A DNA stretch of 64,000 bases from Candidatus Cloacimonadales bacterium (GCA_963662655.2 CAXXTU010000002.1:2656001-2720000); one strand, 5' to 3'; shown: positions 18,935 to 28,587, numbered from the stretch's first letter. Made by a program: numbers and translations. The notes: generated from the letters alone by a model not told the origin.

Positions 18935-20788
18935 ATGAATGACATCAGGCAGCTAGAGTCACGATTGAAAACTACCGACACAGAAGAGAAACTCGACCTA
19001 TTGAATCGTCTATGCAGGGGTTATTGGACAAGAGACGCAAGCAAAGCCATAGAATATGGCAAGTTAGGTCTGGCTCTCGCTTTGCAGCTGAACAAGACTG
19101 ATCTCGCCTGCGATTTCCAAAATGATATCGGCATCGCCTACTGGTACATCGAAGACTACGAATCCGCCCTCGATAACTGCTACAACGCTCTCATAACACG
19201 CCAAAAATTCGGCAGACCAGATAAAATCGCCTCCTCGCTCAACAATACCGGGCTCATCTACTACAAGCTCAGGGACTATCGTAAAGCGATCGATATGTAC
19301 AAGGAAGCGCTGAAGCACGCCGACCCGGAAAAGGACTTCAATCTCGTTTCTACGCTCTACAATAATCTGGGACTCATCTACATCGAGTTAGCGGGGATTT
19401 CCGGAGGAACGTCCGAAAAACTGGACGACGACGACGTTTTCGAAGGGTTTCATCCCTCCTGGCTCGATAACCCGGAGAACCTATCCCTGTTCAATCCGAA
19501 CAAAACAGACGAATATCTTCAGGAAGCCTTCAAGTATTACAATAAAATCCTCGATCACATCGATGAGCGGGAAGACATGCAGCACATGCGAACCCATGTG
19601 CTCGGCAATATAGGCTTGTACTATCTTCGTATTGGCGATACAAAGCAAGCGCTCGAATACCATTGGAAAGCCCTTGAGCTTGTCGGGGAAGAAAACGAAA
19701 GCCACTTCCTCCCGGGGTTCTATTATAACATCGCGCGAATCTATTGGGGAAAAGGAGATACCCACCTCGCAATGGAATACTGCGACAATGCGATCACTCA
19801 CGCCAAGAAAAACGATCTGCACCGGCTTCTTTGCAAGACTTTCAAGCTGAAATCGGATATTTTCCGTAAAACCGGCGATACCGAGAAAGCCCTGCAAATG
19901 ATCGACCAATACATCGCGGCGCACCAGGAATATAGCAAAATCAACCGGCAGCGGGAAATCACAAACCTGAGAATGAAATACGATATTCTGGAGAAGGAGC
20001 AGGAACAGGAAAAAATCCGCCGGAAAAACGAGGAGCTGGAGCAGCAGGTACAACAAAGAACGGAGCAGCTTATCGAGATGGAACGGTTCTACGAAGTAGG
20101 TAAATTCTCGGCGAGTATTGTCCATAACCTGAGCGGTCCGCTGACAAATCTCATGGGTGTTGTTTCCATGATCGAGATCAAATACAATATGCTCTTCAGA
20201 CGCGATGCTACCATGAACCGCTATATCAAGATGCTCAACGATTGCGCCGACAACCTCAAATCGATGATTCAATCCATCACCACGCATGTGCGGACTTCGG
20301 AATTCATGGACGATCAGGAACTCGACCTGAATGCAATCCTGACCGACGAAATCCAATTCAAGAATATCGAGACCGTTTCGACAGAAAAAATCGACATCCA
20401 GACCTGGCTGGACGACGATCTACCGAGAATCCTCGGACAGGAAGTTCACTTCAGGCAGATTTTTTCGAACCTCATCACCAACGCCTGTGACGCGATGAAA
20501 ACCACGGAGAAGAAACTCCTCCATATCAGCAGCCGGAAGATCGACGATCAAAATATCCGACTGATTTTCGAGGATACGGGCACGGGAATCAGTCCCGAAC
20601 ACCTGGAAAAAATCTTCAAGCACGATTTCACGACCAAGGAACCCGGAAAAGGTACCGGCCTGGGCCTGGCAATCACGCGGCAGATGGTGGAATCCTACCG
20701 TGGAACGATCACTGTGAGCACGGAATTGGGCAAAGGCACTGTATTTCAAATAGATATTCCACTGGGATCAGGCTTAACCATTGAATAG
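18935..20788 (+). CDS. TPR-repeat soluble sensor histidine kinase
   Basis: N-terminal TPRs, coiled coil, VHNLSGP H-box, NLITNACDA, DTGTGI, FTTK, GTGLGL. Confidence 0.9.
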   Translation: MNDIRQLESRLKTTDTEEKLDLLNRLCRGYWTRDASKAIEYGKLGLALALQLNKTDLACDFQNDIGIAYWYIEDYESALDNCYNALITRQKFGRPDKIASSLNNTGLIYYKLRDYRKAIDMYKEALKHADPEKDFNLVSTLYNNLGLIYIELAGISGGTSEKLDDDDVFEGFHPSWLDNPENLSLFNPNKTDEYLQEAFKYYNKILDHIDEREDMQHMRTHVLGNIGLYYLRIGDTKQALEYHWKALELVGEENESHFLPGFYYNIARIYWGKGDTHLAMEYCDNAITHAKKNDLHRLLCKTFKLKSDIFRKTGDTEKALQMIDQYIAAHQEYSKINRQREITNLRMKYDILEKEQEQEKIRRKNEELEQQVQQRTEQLIEMERFYEVGKFSASIVHNLSGPLTNLMGVVSMIEIKYNMLFRRDATMNRYIKMLNDCADNLKSMIQSITTHVRTSEFMDDQELDLNAILTDEIQFKNIETVSTEKIDIQTWLDDDLPRILGQEVHFRQIFSNLITNACDAMKTTEKKLLHISSRKIDDQNIRLIFEDTGTGISPEHLEKIFKHDFTTKEPGKGTGLGLAITRQMVESYRGTITVSTELGKGTVFQIDIPLGSGLTIE

Positions 20789-20984
20789 AGCTTTGTTAAA
20801 TCCCCTTAATTATGGCCTCTTTTCATGATGTGGATGTTCTCCGAAACACGCTTATAACACCACTTTCTTCTCGTTCCCACAATTTCATCCCACCTCGTAA
20901 AACAGCTTTTTTATTGATATTGGTTGACACGTAAAAAGCGAACCCCAAACTGTGCAATTAAATTACCCGGAATGGAGGATATAA

Positions 20985-22307
20985 ATGGCAAAGAAAGTAA
21001 CCATTTTTGGAGCGGGTCTTGTTGTTAAACCAATGGTTGATTATCTCGCTAAACATGGTTTTGAAATCGCAATAGCCAGCAGAACTCTTTCCAAAGCGGA
21101 AAAACTTGCTGCACCACACGAAAAGGCAACTGCAATTCAGTTTGTAGCAAACGACATGGACAAGATGGGGGAACTGATCAAGGAAAGTGACCTGGTCGTC
21201 AGCCTTCTTCCTGCAACGCTCCACGTGGAAGTTGCGAAGAAGTGTATCCAGATGAAGACCAACATGGTGACAACCTCTTATATCAGCCCGCAAATGCGCG
21301 AACTCAACGCGGCTGCGAAAGAAGCAGGCATCATGATCCTGAACGAAATCGGCGTGGACCCTGGTATCGACCACATGTCTGCCATGAAGATTTTCCACGA
21401 AGTGGAAGACAAGGGCGGCAAGATCGTATCCTTCATGTCCTACTGCGGCGGGCTTCCCGCACACGAAGCCAACACCAATCCCTGGGGATACAAATTCTCA
21501 TGGGCTCCCAAGGGTGTTCTCAAGGCAGCAGGCAACAACGCTCAATATATGAAAGACGGTAAAATCGTTAAAGTTCCGGGCAAGGAACTCTTCAGCCACT
21601 ACTGGTTCCTGGATGTGGAAGGCGCAGGGACATTCGAGGCGTATGTCAACCGCGATTCCCTTCCTTACATCGATCTCTACAACCTGAAAAACGTGCGCAC
21701 CATGTACCGCGGTACCCTGCGCAACGTCAGCCACTGCGACACATGGTACATCCTCTCGCAGATGGGATTCTTCAACGACGACGATTACTATAACGATCTC
21801 GGTGGAACCGTTCAGGAGTTCGTTCTCGAAAAAATCCTCGGCGCACCGAAAGACGCATGCCTCAAGGAAGAGATCGTCAAGCGCTACGGTATCATGGAAA
21901 CCAGCGTCATCCTGAAGAAATTCGAGTGGCTGGGAATCATCGGCGATACCCCGATGCCGATCAAAGAAGGCTCGGCCGTTGACGTGCTCACTGCACTGAT
22001 GCTCGACAAGATGTCCTACGATAAGGGCGAGCGCGACCTTCTGGTTCTCCACCACGAATTCGTCGCAGCATACGGCGATAAGGAACAGCGCATCACCTCG
22101 ACCATGATCGACACCGGTATCGAAAACGGCGACAGCTCCATGTCACGTACGGTTTCACTGCCGGCCGCCATCGCGGTTCGCTACATCCTGGAAGGGAAGT
22201 TCCATATCCCCGGCGTTCACATGCCCGTAATGCCGGAAGTATACCTCCCCGTCCTGGAAGAGCTTGGCAACCTGGATATCAAGGTGATCGAACGCTTTTA
22301 TGATTGA
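20985..22307 (+). CDS. Saccharopine dehydrogenase (glutamate-forming; Lys9/AASS SDH-like)
   Basis: GAGLV, TTSY, EIGVDPGIDH, SYCGGLPA, NPWGYKFSW, RGTLR, SSMSRTV. Confidence 0.9.
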   Translation: MAKKVTIFGAGLVVKPMVDYLAKHGFEIAIASRTLSKAEKLAAPHEKATAIQFVANDMDKMGELIKESDLVVSLLPATLHVEVAKKCIQMKTNMVTTSYISPQMRELNAAAKEAGIMILNEIGVDPGIDHMSAMKIFHEVEDKGGKIVSFMSYCGGLPAHEANTNPWGYKFSWAPKGVLKAAGNNAQYMKDGKIVKVPGKELFSHYWFLDVEGAGTFEAYVNRDSLPYIDLYNLKNVRTMYRGTLRNVSHCDTWYILSQMGFFNDDDYYNDLGGTVQEFVLEKILGAPKDACLKEEIVKRYGIMETSVILKKFEWLGIIGDTPMPIKEGSAVDVLTALMLDKMSYDKGERDLLVLHHEFVAAYGDKEQRITSTMIDTGIENGDSSMSRTVSLPAAIAVRYILEGKFHIPGVHMPVMPEVYLPVLEELGNLDIKVIERFYD

Positions 22308-22443
22308 TCGCATCATCGATAAATAATTTCTACAAACGTGCATCGTATGGTTTACCCCATGCGATGCACATTGTCCATGGGGTGAAATTCGTAACCATAC
22401 GGCTCTCCGCCCGAGCGTCGTAGAAATAAACTGGAGTCTGTAC

Positions 22444-23739
22444 ATGAAGAAACTTGGAATACTCAGAGAAACGAAAAACCAGTGGGAAGCACGAGTTCCC
22501 CTCAATCCCGAGGCGGTGAAAACGCTGGTGGATGACGGATATCAGGTAACCGTGCAACCTTCCGACTTGAGAATTTACAAAAACAATCAATACGCTTCCG
22601 TTGGCGCAACCATCTCCGACGACCTTTCCGACTGCGATCTCATCATCGGCGTCAAAGAAATCAAAATCCCGGACATGGTGCCGGGCAAGCCGCACATGTT
22701 CTTCTCGCATACCATCAAGGGGCAGGACTACAACATGCCCATGCTGCGCGAATTCATGGACAACAAATGCTCGATCCTGGATTACGAACGCATCGTCGAC
22801 GAGGATAACCGCCGCCTGGTGTTCTTCGGCAAATTCGCCGGTAACGCCGGAATGATCGATACGCTTTGGGCAACCGGAAAACGCCTGGAAGAGCATCTCG
22901 GCCTGGCAACCCCGCTTTCGAAAGTCAAGCGCGCATTCGAGTACGAACGCGTCAACGACGCCGTCGATCACCTGCGGGAGCTCTCTGAAGAGATCAAGAA
23001 GAACGGGCTGCCGAAAGAGCTCGGGCCATTCGTCATCTTCCTGCTCGGCTATGGCCATGTTGCCACCGGCTGCAAGGAAATCCTGGCCGGACTGCCCATC
23101 GAAGAGATCGATCCCAACGACCTCGGCAAGCTCGACAAGGATTACAAGAACGACAGAATCTATCTGGCTGTTTTCAAAGAGCATCACCTTGTGGAGAGAA
23201 AGGACGATCGGACCTTCGACCTGATGGACTACTTCAAGCACGGGCCGGAATACCAGTCAAGAATGAAGCGCTATCTGCCATATTGCTCCATCTACGTGAA
23301 CGCGATCTACTGGGCGCCGGGGTATCCGGTGTTCCTCACTAAAAAAGACATCGCGGACATCCAGAACGGCGACAGGAAGATGCTTTCCGTGGGCGACATC
23401 ACCTGCGATATCGAGGGCTCGGTTGAAGCGACCGTCAAAGCGACCTATCCCGACAACCCCGTCTATACTTACGACGGCCTGAAAGACGAAATCATTGACG
23501 GTTACATGGGCGAAGGCGTAACCATCTGCGCCGTCGACAACCTCCCGTGCGAGTTTTCCATGGAGGCCTCCGACGGATTCACCAAAGCGCTGCTCCCATT
23601 CATGAAGGCCATGCTGGACAACGACTGGAGCAAATCCATCGAGGAATCCGACCTTCCTTACCCAATCAAGAAATCCATTATTATACATCAAGGTAAACTG
23701 GAACCGGAATACGCGTATATTCAAGAGTTCCTGAATTAA
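22444..23739 (+). CDS. Lysine-ketoglutarate reductase / saccharopine dehydrogenase (lysine-forming), AlaDH/PNT fold
   Basis: RE.KN.WEARVPL, GVKE, FFSHTIKGQ..NM, DYE, FGKFAG, DITCDIEGS, VDNLPCE. Confidence 0.88.
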   Translation: MKKLGILRETKNQWEARVPLNPEAVKTLVDDGYQVTVQPSDLRIYKNNQYASVGATISDDLSDCDLIIGVKEIKIPDMVPGKPHMFFSHTIKGQDYNMPMLREFMDNKCSILDYERIVDEDNRRLVFFGKFAGNAGMIDTLWATGKRLEEHLGLATPLSKVKRAFEYERVNDAVDHLRELSEEIKKNGLPKELGPFVIFLLGYGHVATGCKEILAGLPIEEIDPNDLGKLDKDYKNDRIYLAVFKEHHLVERKDDRTFDLMDYFKHGPEYQSRMKRYLPYCSIYVNAIYWAPGYPVFLTKKDIADIQNGDRKMLSVGDITCDIEGSVEATVKATYPDNPVYTYDGLKDEIIDGYMGEGVTICAVDNLPCEFSMEASDGFTKALLPFMKAMLDNDWSKSIEESDLPYPIKKSIIIHQGKLEPEYAYIQEFLN

Positions 23740-23749
23740 GGAGTTCCGT

Positions 23750-24964
23750 ATGCCAACCCAATGCATGATCGGAAATTTCGGTGACGATGTTCGCTCCGAC
23801 TGCCGCGTTACGCTGGAGATCAGAGAAAGCGGCGGAAGAGAAATCGTCATCGCGAGCAAAGTCAAAGCTCTCTTTGGTAAATCGATCCGGAAGCTCAGCG
23901 AGGATATCCTGGACTTCTACAAGATCGAAAGCGCATATCTCAAGATCGAAGACACCGGAGCGCTCGATTATGTAATCGCGGCCCGCATCGAAGCGGCCAT
24001 CCGAATGATTACCGGATCGAAAGAAGAATACCTTCTTCCCGCGCTGCCTCAGAACACCAACTTCACCCGCAAGGATCAGTTCCGCCGCGCACGTCTCTAC
24101 CTGCCCGGCAACACGCCCAAGCTGGCGATCAACGCGGGAATCCATCAGCCGGACGGAATCATACTCGACCTGGAAGACTCCGTGGCTCCACCCAAGAAAT
24201 ACGAAGCCCGTTTCGTGGTGAGAAATTCCCTGCGCAACGTCGATTTCTACGGCGGTGAACGCATGGTGCGCATCAATCAGCTTCCTCTGGGCCTGGAAGA
24301 CCTCGAGATGGTGGTACCGCACGGCGTGAACCTCATCCTCCTTCCCAAGTGTGAGGAAGCGAAACAGGTTCAGGATGTGGTGAAAAAAATCCACGAGCTT
24401 CTCCCCAACGACAAGGCGAAAGCGGAATCCATCTGGATCATGCCCATCATCGAATCGACGAAGGGCGTGCTGAACGCTTATCAAATCGCCTCATCGTCTC
24501 CACAGGTGTCTTCGCTGGCCATCGGCCTGGAAGACTACACCGCCGACCTCGGCACGCAACGCACCGAAGAGGGGAAAGAGACCTATTTCGCGCGCTGCAT
24601 GCTCGTCAACGCAGCACGTGCTGCCGGAATCCAGGCGATTGACTCGGTGTACTCCGACGTTGCCAACATGGACGGCCTCCACGAGTTCGCGACCTTCGGC
24701 AAATCGCTGGGGTTCGAGGGAATGGGATGTATCCACCCGCGCCAGATTGCGGTGATCAACCAATCCTACGCGCCGGAAGAGAAGGAAATCGAGAAGGCAA
24801 AGAAGATCGTGAAAGCATTCATCGAAGCGGAAGAGAAGGGACTCGGCGTTGTCTCGCTGGGCTCCAAGATGATCGATCCGCCGGTGGTCAAGCGCGCGCA
24901 GAACACAATAACGCTGGCAATCAAATCGGGCCTCCTTGCAGAGGATTGGAGGGAGCATGAGTAA
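23750..24964 (+). CDS. Fused citrate-lyase-like ACP (CitD) and lyase subunit (CitE)
   Basis: N-terminal ACP-like segment (SKVKALFG..I, DTGALDYVIAARIEAA), then RRARLYLPGN, LDLEDSV, GLEDYTADLG, CIHPRQI, MIDPP. Confidence 0.88.
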   Translation: MPTQCMIGNFGDDVRSDCRVTLEIRESGGREIVIASKVKALFGKSIRKLSEDILDFYKIESAYLKIEDTGALDYVIAARIEAAIRMITGSKEEYLLPALPQNTNFTRKDQFRRARLYLPGNTPKLAINAGIHQPDGIILDLEDSVAPPKKYEARFVVRNSLRNVDFYGGERMVRINQLPLGLEDLEMVVPHGVNLILLPKCEEAKQVQDVVKKIHELLPNDKAKAESIWIMPIIESTKGVLNAYQIASSSPQVSSLAIGLEDYTADLGTQRTEEGKETYFARCMLVNAARAAGIQAIDSVYSDVANMDGLHEFATFGKSLGFEGMGCIHPRQIAVINQSYAPEEKEIEKAKKIVKAFIEAEEKGLGVVSLGSKMIDPPVVKRAQNTITLAIKSGLLAEDWREHE

Positions 24965-26510
24965 AGAAGTCAAAAACGCAGTCGGAAGAATGATTCCGGA
25001 AGAGATAAACGGCAAGTCGGTGATCCCGTTCATGGGCGTGGGCAAGTATCGCCCCACCGGACGCAAGGCCGCGCCTCCCATCGCGACATGCATCGATTAC
25101 CCGGATAGCGGCGACAAACGCGTCAAAGATATCAAGGAAGCGCTGGTCAAATCGGGCATCAAGGACGGCATGACCATCTCGACGCATCACCATTTCCGCA
25201 ACGGCGACCTGGTTGCGAACCTTGTCTTCCACGCGGCGCACGAACTGGGCGTGAAGGACCTCGTATGGTTCCCGTCCGCCTCATTCCCCTGCCACAGTGA
25301 GCTGCTTCCCTACCTGGAAGACGGCACCATTCACCACATCGAAGGCAGCATGAACGGCCCGCTCGGCAAGTTCGCGTCGCAGGGTAAAATGCGCGGAGCC
25401 GGCGTTCTTCGCTCGCACGGCGGACGCTATCAGGCGGTTCAGGACGGCGAAGTCCACATCGACATCGCCTTCATCGCGGCCCCAACGGCAGACGCCTTCG
25501 GTAACGCAAACGCGGTAACCGGTGCTTCAGCGTGCGGTCTTTTGGGATTCGCGCTGGCTGATTCGCAATACGCGGATCGCGTCGTGGTTTGCACCGATAA
25601 CCTCGTTCCCTTCCCCTGCACACCGTGGCAGATCCAGGGCAACTACGTCGATTTCGTGGTCGAGATGGATCGTGTGGGAATCCCTGAGAAAATCGTCTCG
25701 GGAACCACGCAGATCACCAAAAGCCCCGATCGTCTCTTCATCGCCGAGTTGACCGCGAAATTCTGCGAAGCGGCCGGACTGATCAAGGAAGGATTCAGCT
25801 TCCAGGCCGGCGCAGGCGGAACCGCGCTCTCCATAGGGATTTATTTCTCGGAAATCCTGAAGAAGAAAGGAATGAAAGGCGGGTTTGCCCGTGGCGGCAG
25901 CAATAAATACCTCGTGAACATGCTCGAAGAAGGCTTGATCACGCACATTCTGGACGGTCAGACCTTCGACCTCGAGGGCGTCCGCTCCATGCGCGAGAAT
26001 CCGACGCACGTCTGGACAAGTCCGTTCACGAGCTACAACTACCACGGCAAGGGCAACTTCGCCAGCATGGTGGACATCGTGATCCTGGGCGCTACCGAGG
26101 TTGACGTGAACTTCAACGCCAACGTAGTGACTCACTCCGACGGCTACCTCCTGCACGGTATCGGCGGCTGGCAGAACTGCCTCTTCAGCAAGAACGTGAT
26201 CCTGCCCATCCCGCTGTTCCGCGACCGCATCCCCGTCATTCGCGACGAGGTGACCACCATCTGCGGACCGGGCGAATTGATCGACATCATCGTCACCGAA
26301 CGCGGTATCGCCATCAACCCGCGCCGTACCGATCTCATCGAAGCGACCAAAGACTCCGGCCTTCCCATCAAGACCATCCAGGAATTGAAGGAAGAAGCGG
26401 AAGCGATCTGCGGCAAGGCAGAGCCTCCAACCCTCGGGCAGAAGGTCATCGCGGCCATCAAGTGGGTGGACGGAACCGTCATCGACGTAGTTAGAGAAGT
26501 GATAGAATAA
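24957..26510 (+). CDS. citF: Citrate-lyase alpha-like CoA transferase
   Basis: GMTISTHHHFRNGD, RSHGGR, FSFQAGAGG, LGATEVD.NFN.NV, IVTERGIAINP; overlaps the upstream gene; true substrate uncertain. Confidence 0.85.
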   Translation: MSKEVKNAVGRMIPEEINGKSVIPFMGVGKYRPTGRKAAPPIATCIDYPDSGDKRVKDIKEALVKSGIKDGMTISTHHHFRNGDLVANLVFHAAHELGVKDLVWFPSASFPCHSELLPYLEDGTIHHIEGSMNGPLGKFASQGKMRGAGVLRSHGGRYQAVQDGEVHIDIAFIAAPTADAFGNANAVTGASACGLLGFALADSQYADRVVVCTDNLVPFPCTPWQIQGNYVDFVVEMDRVGIPEKIVSGTTQITKSPDRLFIAELTAKFCEAAGLIKEGFSFQAGAGGTALSIGIYFSEILKKKGMKGGFARGGSNKYLVNMLEEGLITHILDGQTFDLEGVRSMRENPTHVWTSPFTSYNYHGKGNFASMVDIVILGATEVDVNFNANVVTHSDGYLLHGIGGWQNCLFSKNVILPIPLFRDRIPVIRDEVTTICGPGELIDIIVTERGIAINPRRTDLIEATKDSGLPIKTIQELKEEAEAICGKAEPPTLGQKVIAAIKWVDGTVIDVVREVIE

Positions 26511-26569
26511 CCAAGTTCGCTGATACATGGCACATCGTTGTGCGAAGTGAGCTTTCTTGGGTTTACATG

Positions 26570-26690
26570 ATGTCATCCTGATTATCCATAATGTCGTCCT
26601 GATTTTCCATAATGTCATCCTGAGCGGAGTCGAAGGATGACATGAAGGAAAGGTTCAGAATGACATGGAGGAAAGGCTCAGGGTGACAAA
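26570..26690. repeat. Degenerate REP-like cluster with 21-bp tandem units
   Basis: ATGTCRTCCTGATTWTCCATA twice, then TGTCATCCTGAGCGGAGTCGAAGGATGACA, then two degenerate reverse arms. Confidence 0.8.
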
Positions 26691-26746
26691 GCAAATGACA
26701 ATGAAAATGAACCATAACAGAAAGATACAGTAACTCGGAGGAAAAC

Positions 26747-27937
26747 ATGGCTAATATGACAATCGTACTGATGCCCGGCGACGGCATCGGCAAAATCGTT
26801 CTTCCCGAAGCGATTCGCGTACTTGAAGCGGCTGATTTCCGCGCGCAGTATGTTCACGCCGATATCGGTTGGGAATTCTGGTGCAAGGAAGGCAATCCCC
26901 TTCCTCAGCGCACCATCGACCTGCTCAAAGAGCACAAGATCAGCCTCTTCGGAGCCATCACGTCGAAACCCAAATCGGATGCGGCGAAGGAACTCGCACC
27001 CGAGCTTCAGGACAAAGGTTACGTATACTACAGCCCCATCGTCGGTCTGCGCCAGCACTTCGACCTGGACATCTGTCTGCGTCCGTGCAAGACCTTCAAG
27101 GGCAACCCGCTCAACTTCATCCGCAAGGGTGCGAACGACACCATCGAAGAGCCGGAAGTCGATGTGGCGATCTTCCGCCAGAACACCGAAGGTCTCTACG
27201 GCGGCGTAGAGTGGACCAATCCGTCGGATCAGGTCTACGACGCGCTGATGACACACCCGAAATTCAGCAAGAACTTCGGCTGGTGCCCGCGTGAAGAGCT
27301 CGCGGTCTCGACTCGTATCTTCACCCGCAAGTATTCCGAAAGGATCATCCGCCGGGCTTTCGAGCACGCCGACAAGTTCGGTTACAAGTCGGTCACTCTC
27401 TGCGAGAAGCCGAATGTAATACGTGAAACATCCGGTATGATGCTCGCGCTGGCGAAGGACATCCAGAAGGAATATCCGCATATCGCGCTCTGGAACACCA
27501 ACATCGACGCGCAGATGATGTGGCTGACCAAGAATCCGGAAGACTACGGCGTAATCGTTGCCGGCAACATGTTCGGCGACATCGTCTCCGACGGTTTCGC
27601 AGGGCTGGTCGGCGGTCTCGGCTTCGCGTGCAGCGCGAACATCGGTCAGGAAGTGGCGGTTTTCGAGCCGACCCACGGTTCCGCTCCGAAGTACGCCGAA
27701 TACAAGACCCCGATCGTCAATCCGATGGCGATGATCCTCTCCGCCTGCATGATGCTCGACCACATCGGCGAGACAGAGAAGGCGACCCGCATCCGCAAAG
27801 CGATCGCGGATGTCGTGGAAGAGGGCAAGGTTCGCACGTACGACATGCTCAAGATGAAGGGTTCGCCCGACGTCGTCGAGAACGGCGCCGCATCGACCAT
27901 GCAGGTCACCGACGCCATCATCGCGAAACTCAAATAG
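26747..27937 (+). CDS. Beta-decarboxylating dehydrogenase, probable homoisocitrate dehydrogenase
   Basis: PGDGIG, LFGAITS, YYSPIVGLR, RQNTEGLY, NMFGDIVSD, FEPTHGSAP. Confidence 0.8.
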   Translation: MANMTIVLMPGDGIGKIVLPEAIRVLEAADFRAQYVHADIGWEFWCKEGNPLPQRTIDLLKEHKISLFGAITSKPKSDAAKELAPELQDKGYVYYSPIVGLRQHFDLDICLRPCKTFKGNPLNFIRKGANDTIEEPEVDVAIFRQNTEGLYGGVEWTNPSDQVYDALMTHPKFSKNFGWCPREELAVSTRIFTRKYSERIIRRAFEHADKFGYKSVTLCEKPNVIRETSGMMLALAKDIQKEYPHIALWNTNIDAQMMWLTKNPEDYGVIVAGNMFGDIVSDGFAGLVGGLGFACSANIGQEVAVFEPTHGSAPKYAEYKTPIVNPMAMILSACMMLDHIGETEKATRIRKAIADVVEEGKVRTYDMLKMKGSPDVVENGAASTMQVTDAIIAKLK

Positions 27938-28017
27938 TTCTTTGACAACAGCATTTCATGGGGGGGCTCGAAAGAGTCCCTCTGTGTATATGAGGGTAAA
28001 TAAAAGGAGCAAACACA

Positions 28018-28587
28018 ATGGAACAATATTTCAGAAGAATATTCGACAGAGTGCTGTCGAAAATCGAAAGCGAAGACATCCGCGAGAAGACCGTTGAGTG
28101 CTTCGTGATCGCGGCAAAGGAAGGCGGCTGGCAAAAACCGGAAGACATCGAGAAGATTCCGTTCACCCTGCTGACAGAGACGAAAGGCATCAACTTCATC
28201 GAACATACCATGGCCGTAACGGAAGGCGCTGTTGGGCTCGCAGAGGCAATTAAAGCGAACTACCGCAAGATGCCCTACACCCTCAACATGGACTTCCTGC
28301 TGGCAGGCGGTCTGTTGCATGACGTCGGTAAGCTCAAGGAAATCGAGTACGCCGACGGCGTCTATCGCAAGAGCTACAACGGCAAGTGCACCCGTCATCC
28401 GATTTCAGGCGCGATCCTCGCCGACCGCGTAGGTCTTCCGCAGGAGATCGTCAATATCGTCGCCAACCACGCAAAGGAAGGGGACGGACGTCCGCAGCGC
28501 ATCGAGACCGTCCTGATCCACCAGGCCGATTTCGCCACCTTCGATCCGATGGTCATGATGACCAAGGGACTGTTGATCGGGGAATAA
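28018..28587 (+). CDS. HD-domain metal-dependent protein
   Basis: EHT...LLHDVGK...RHP...NHA...HQAD. Confidence 0.85.
   Translation: MEQYFRRIFDRVLSKIESEDIREKTVECFVIAAKEGGWQKPEDIEKIPFTLLTETKGINFIEHTMAVTEGAVGLAEAIKANYRKMPYTLNMDFLLAGGLLHDVGKLKEIEYADGVYRKSYNGKCTRHPISGAILADRVGLPQEIVNIVANHAKEGDGRPQRIETVLIHQADFATFDPMVMMTKGLLIGE

Noticed and set aside
20790..20984. Lysine riboswitch or T-box upstream of the cluster
   Set aside because: I see no recognisable conserved motifs or terminator, only a TTGACA at 20924. An Rfam scan would be needed to exclude one formally.
26570..26645. Possible CRISPR array (short direct repeats)
   Set aside because: The units are adjacent 21-bp tandem copies without unique spacers, derive from the REP-like motif, and no cas genes are present.
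25527..27763. Long antisense ORFs (363 and 361 aa) and similar shadow ORFs elsewhere
   Set aside because: They lie opposite well-supported genes with strong codon bias and show no protein motifs.
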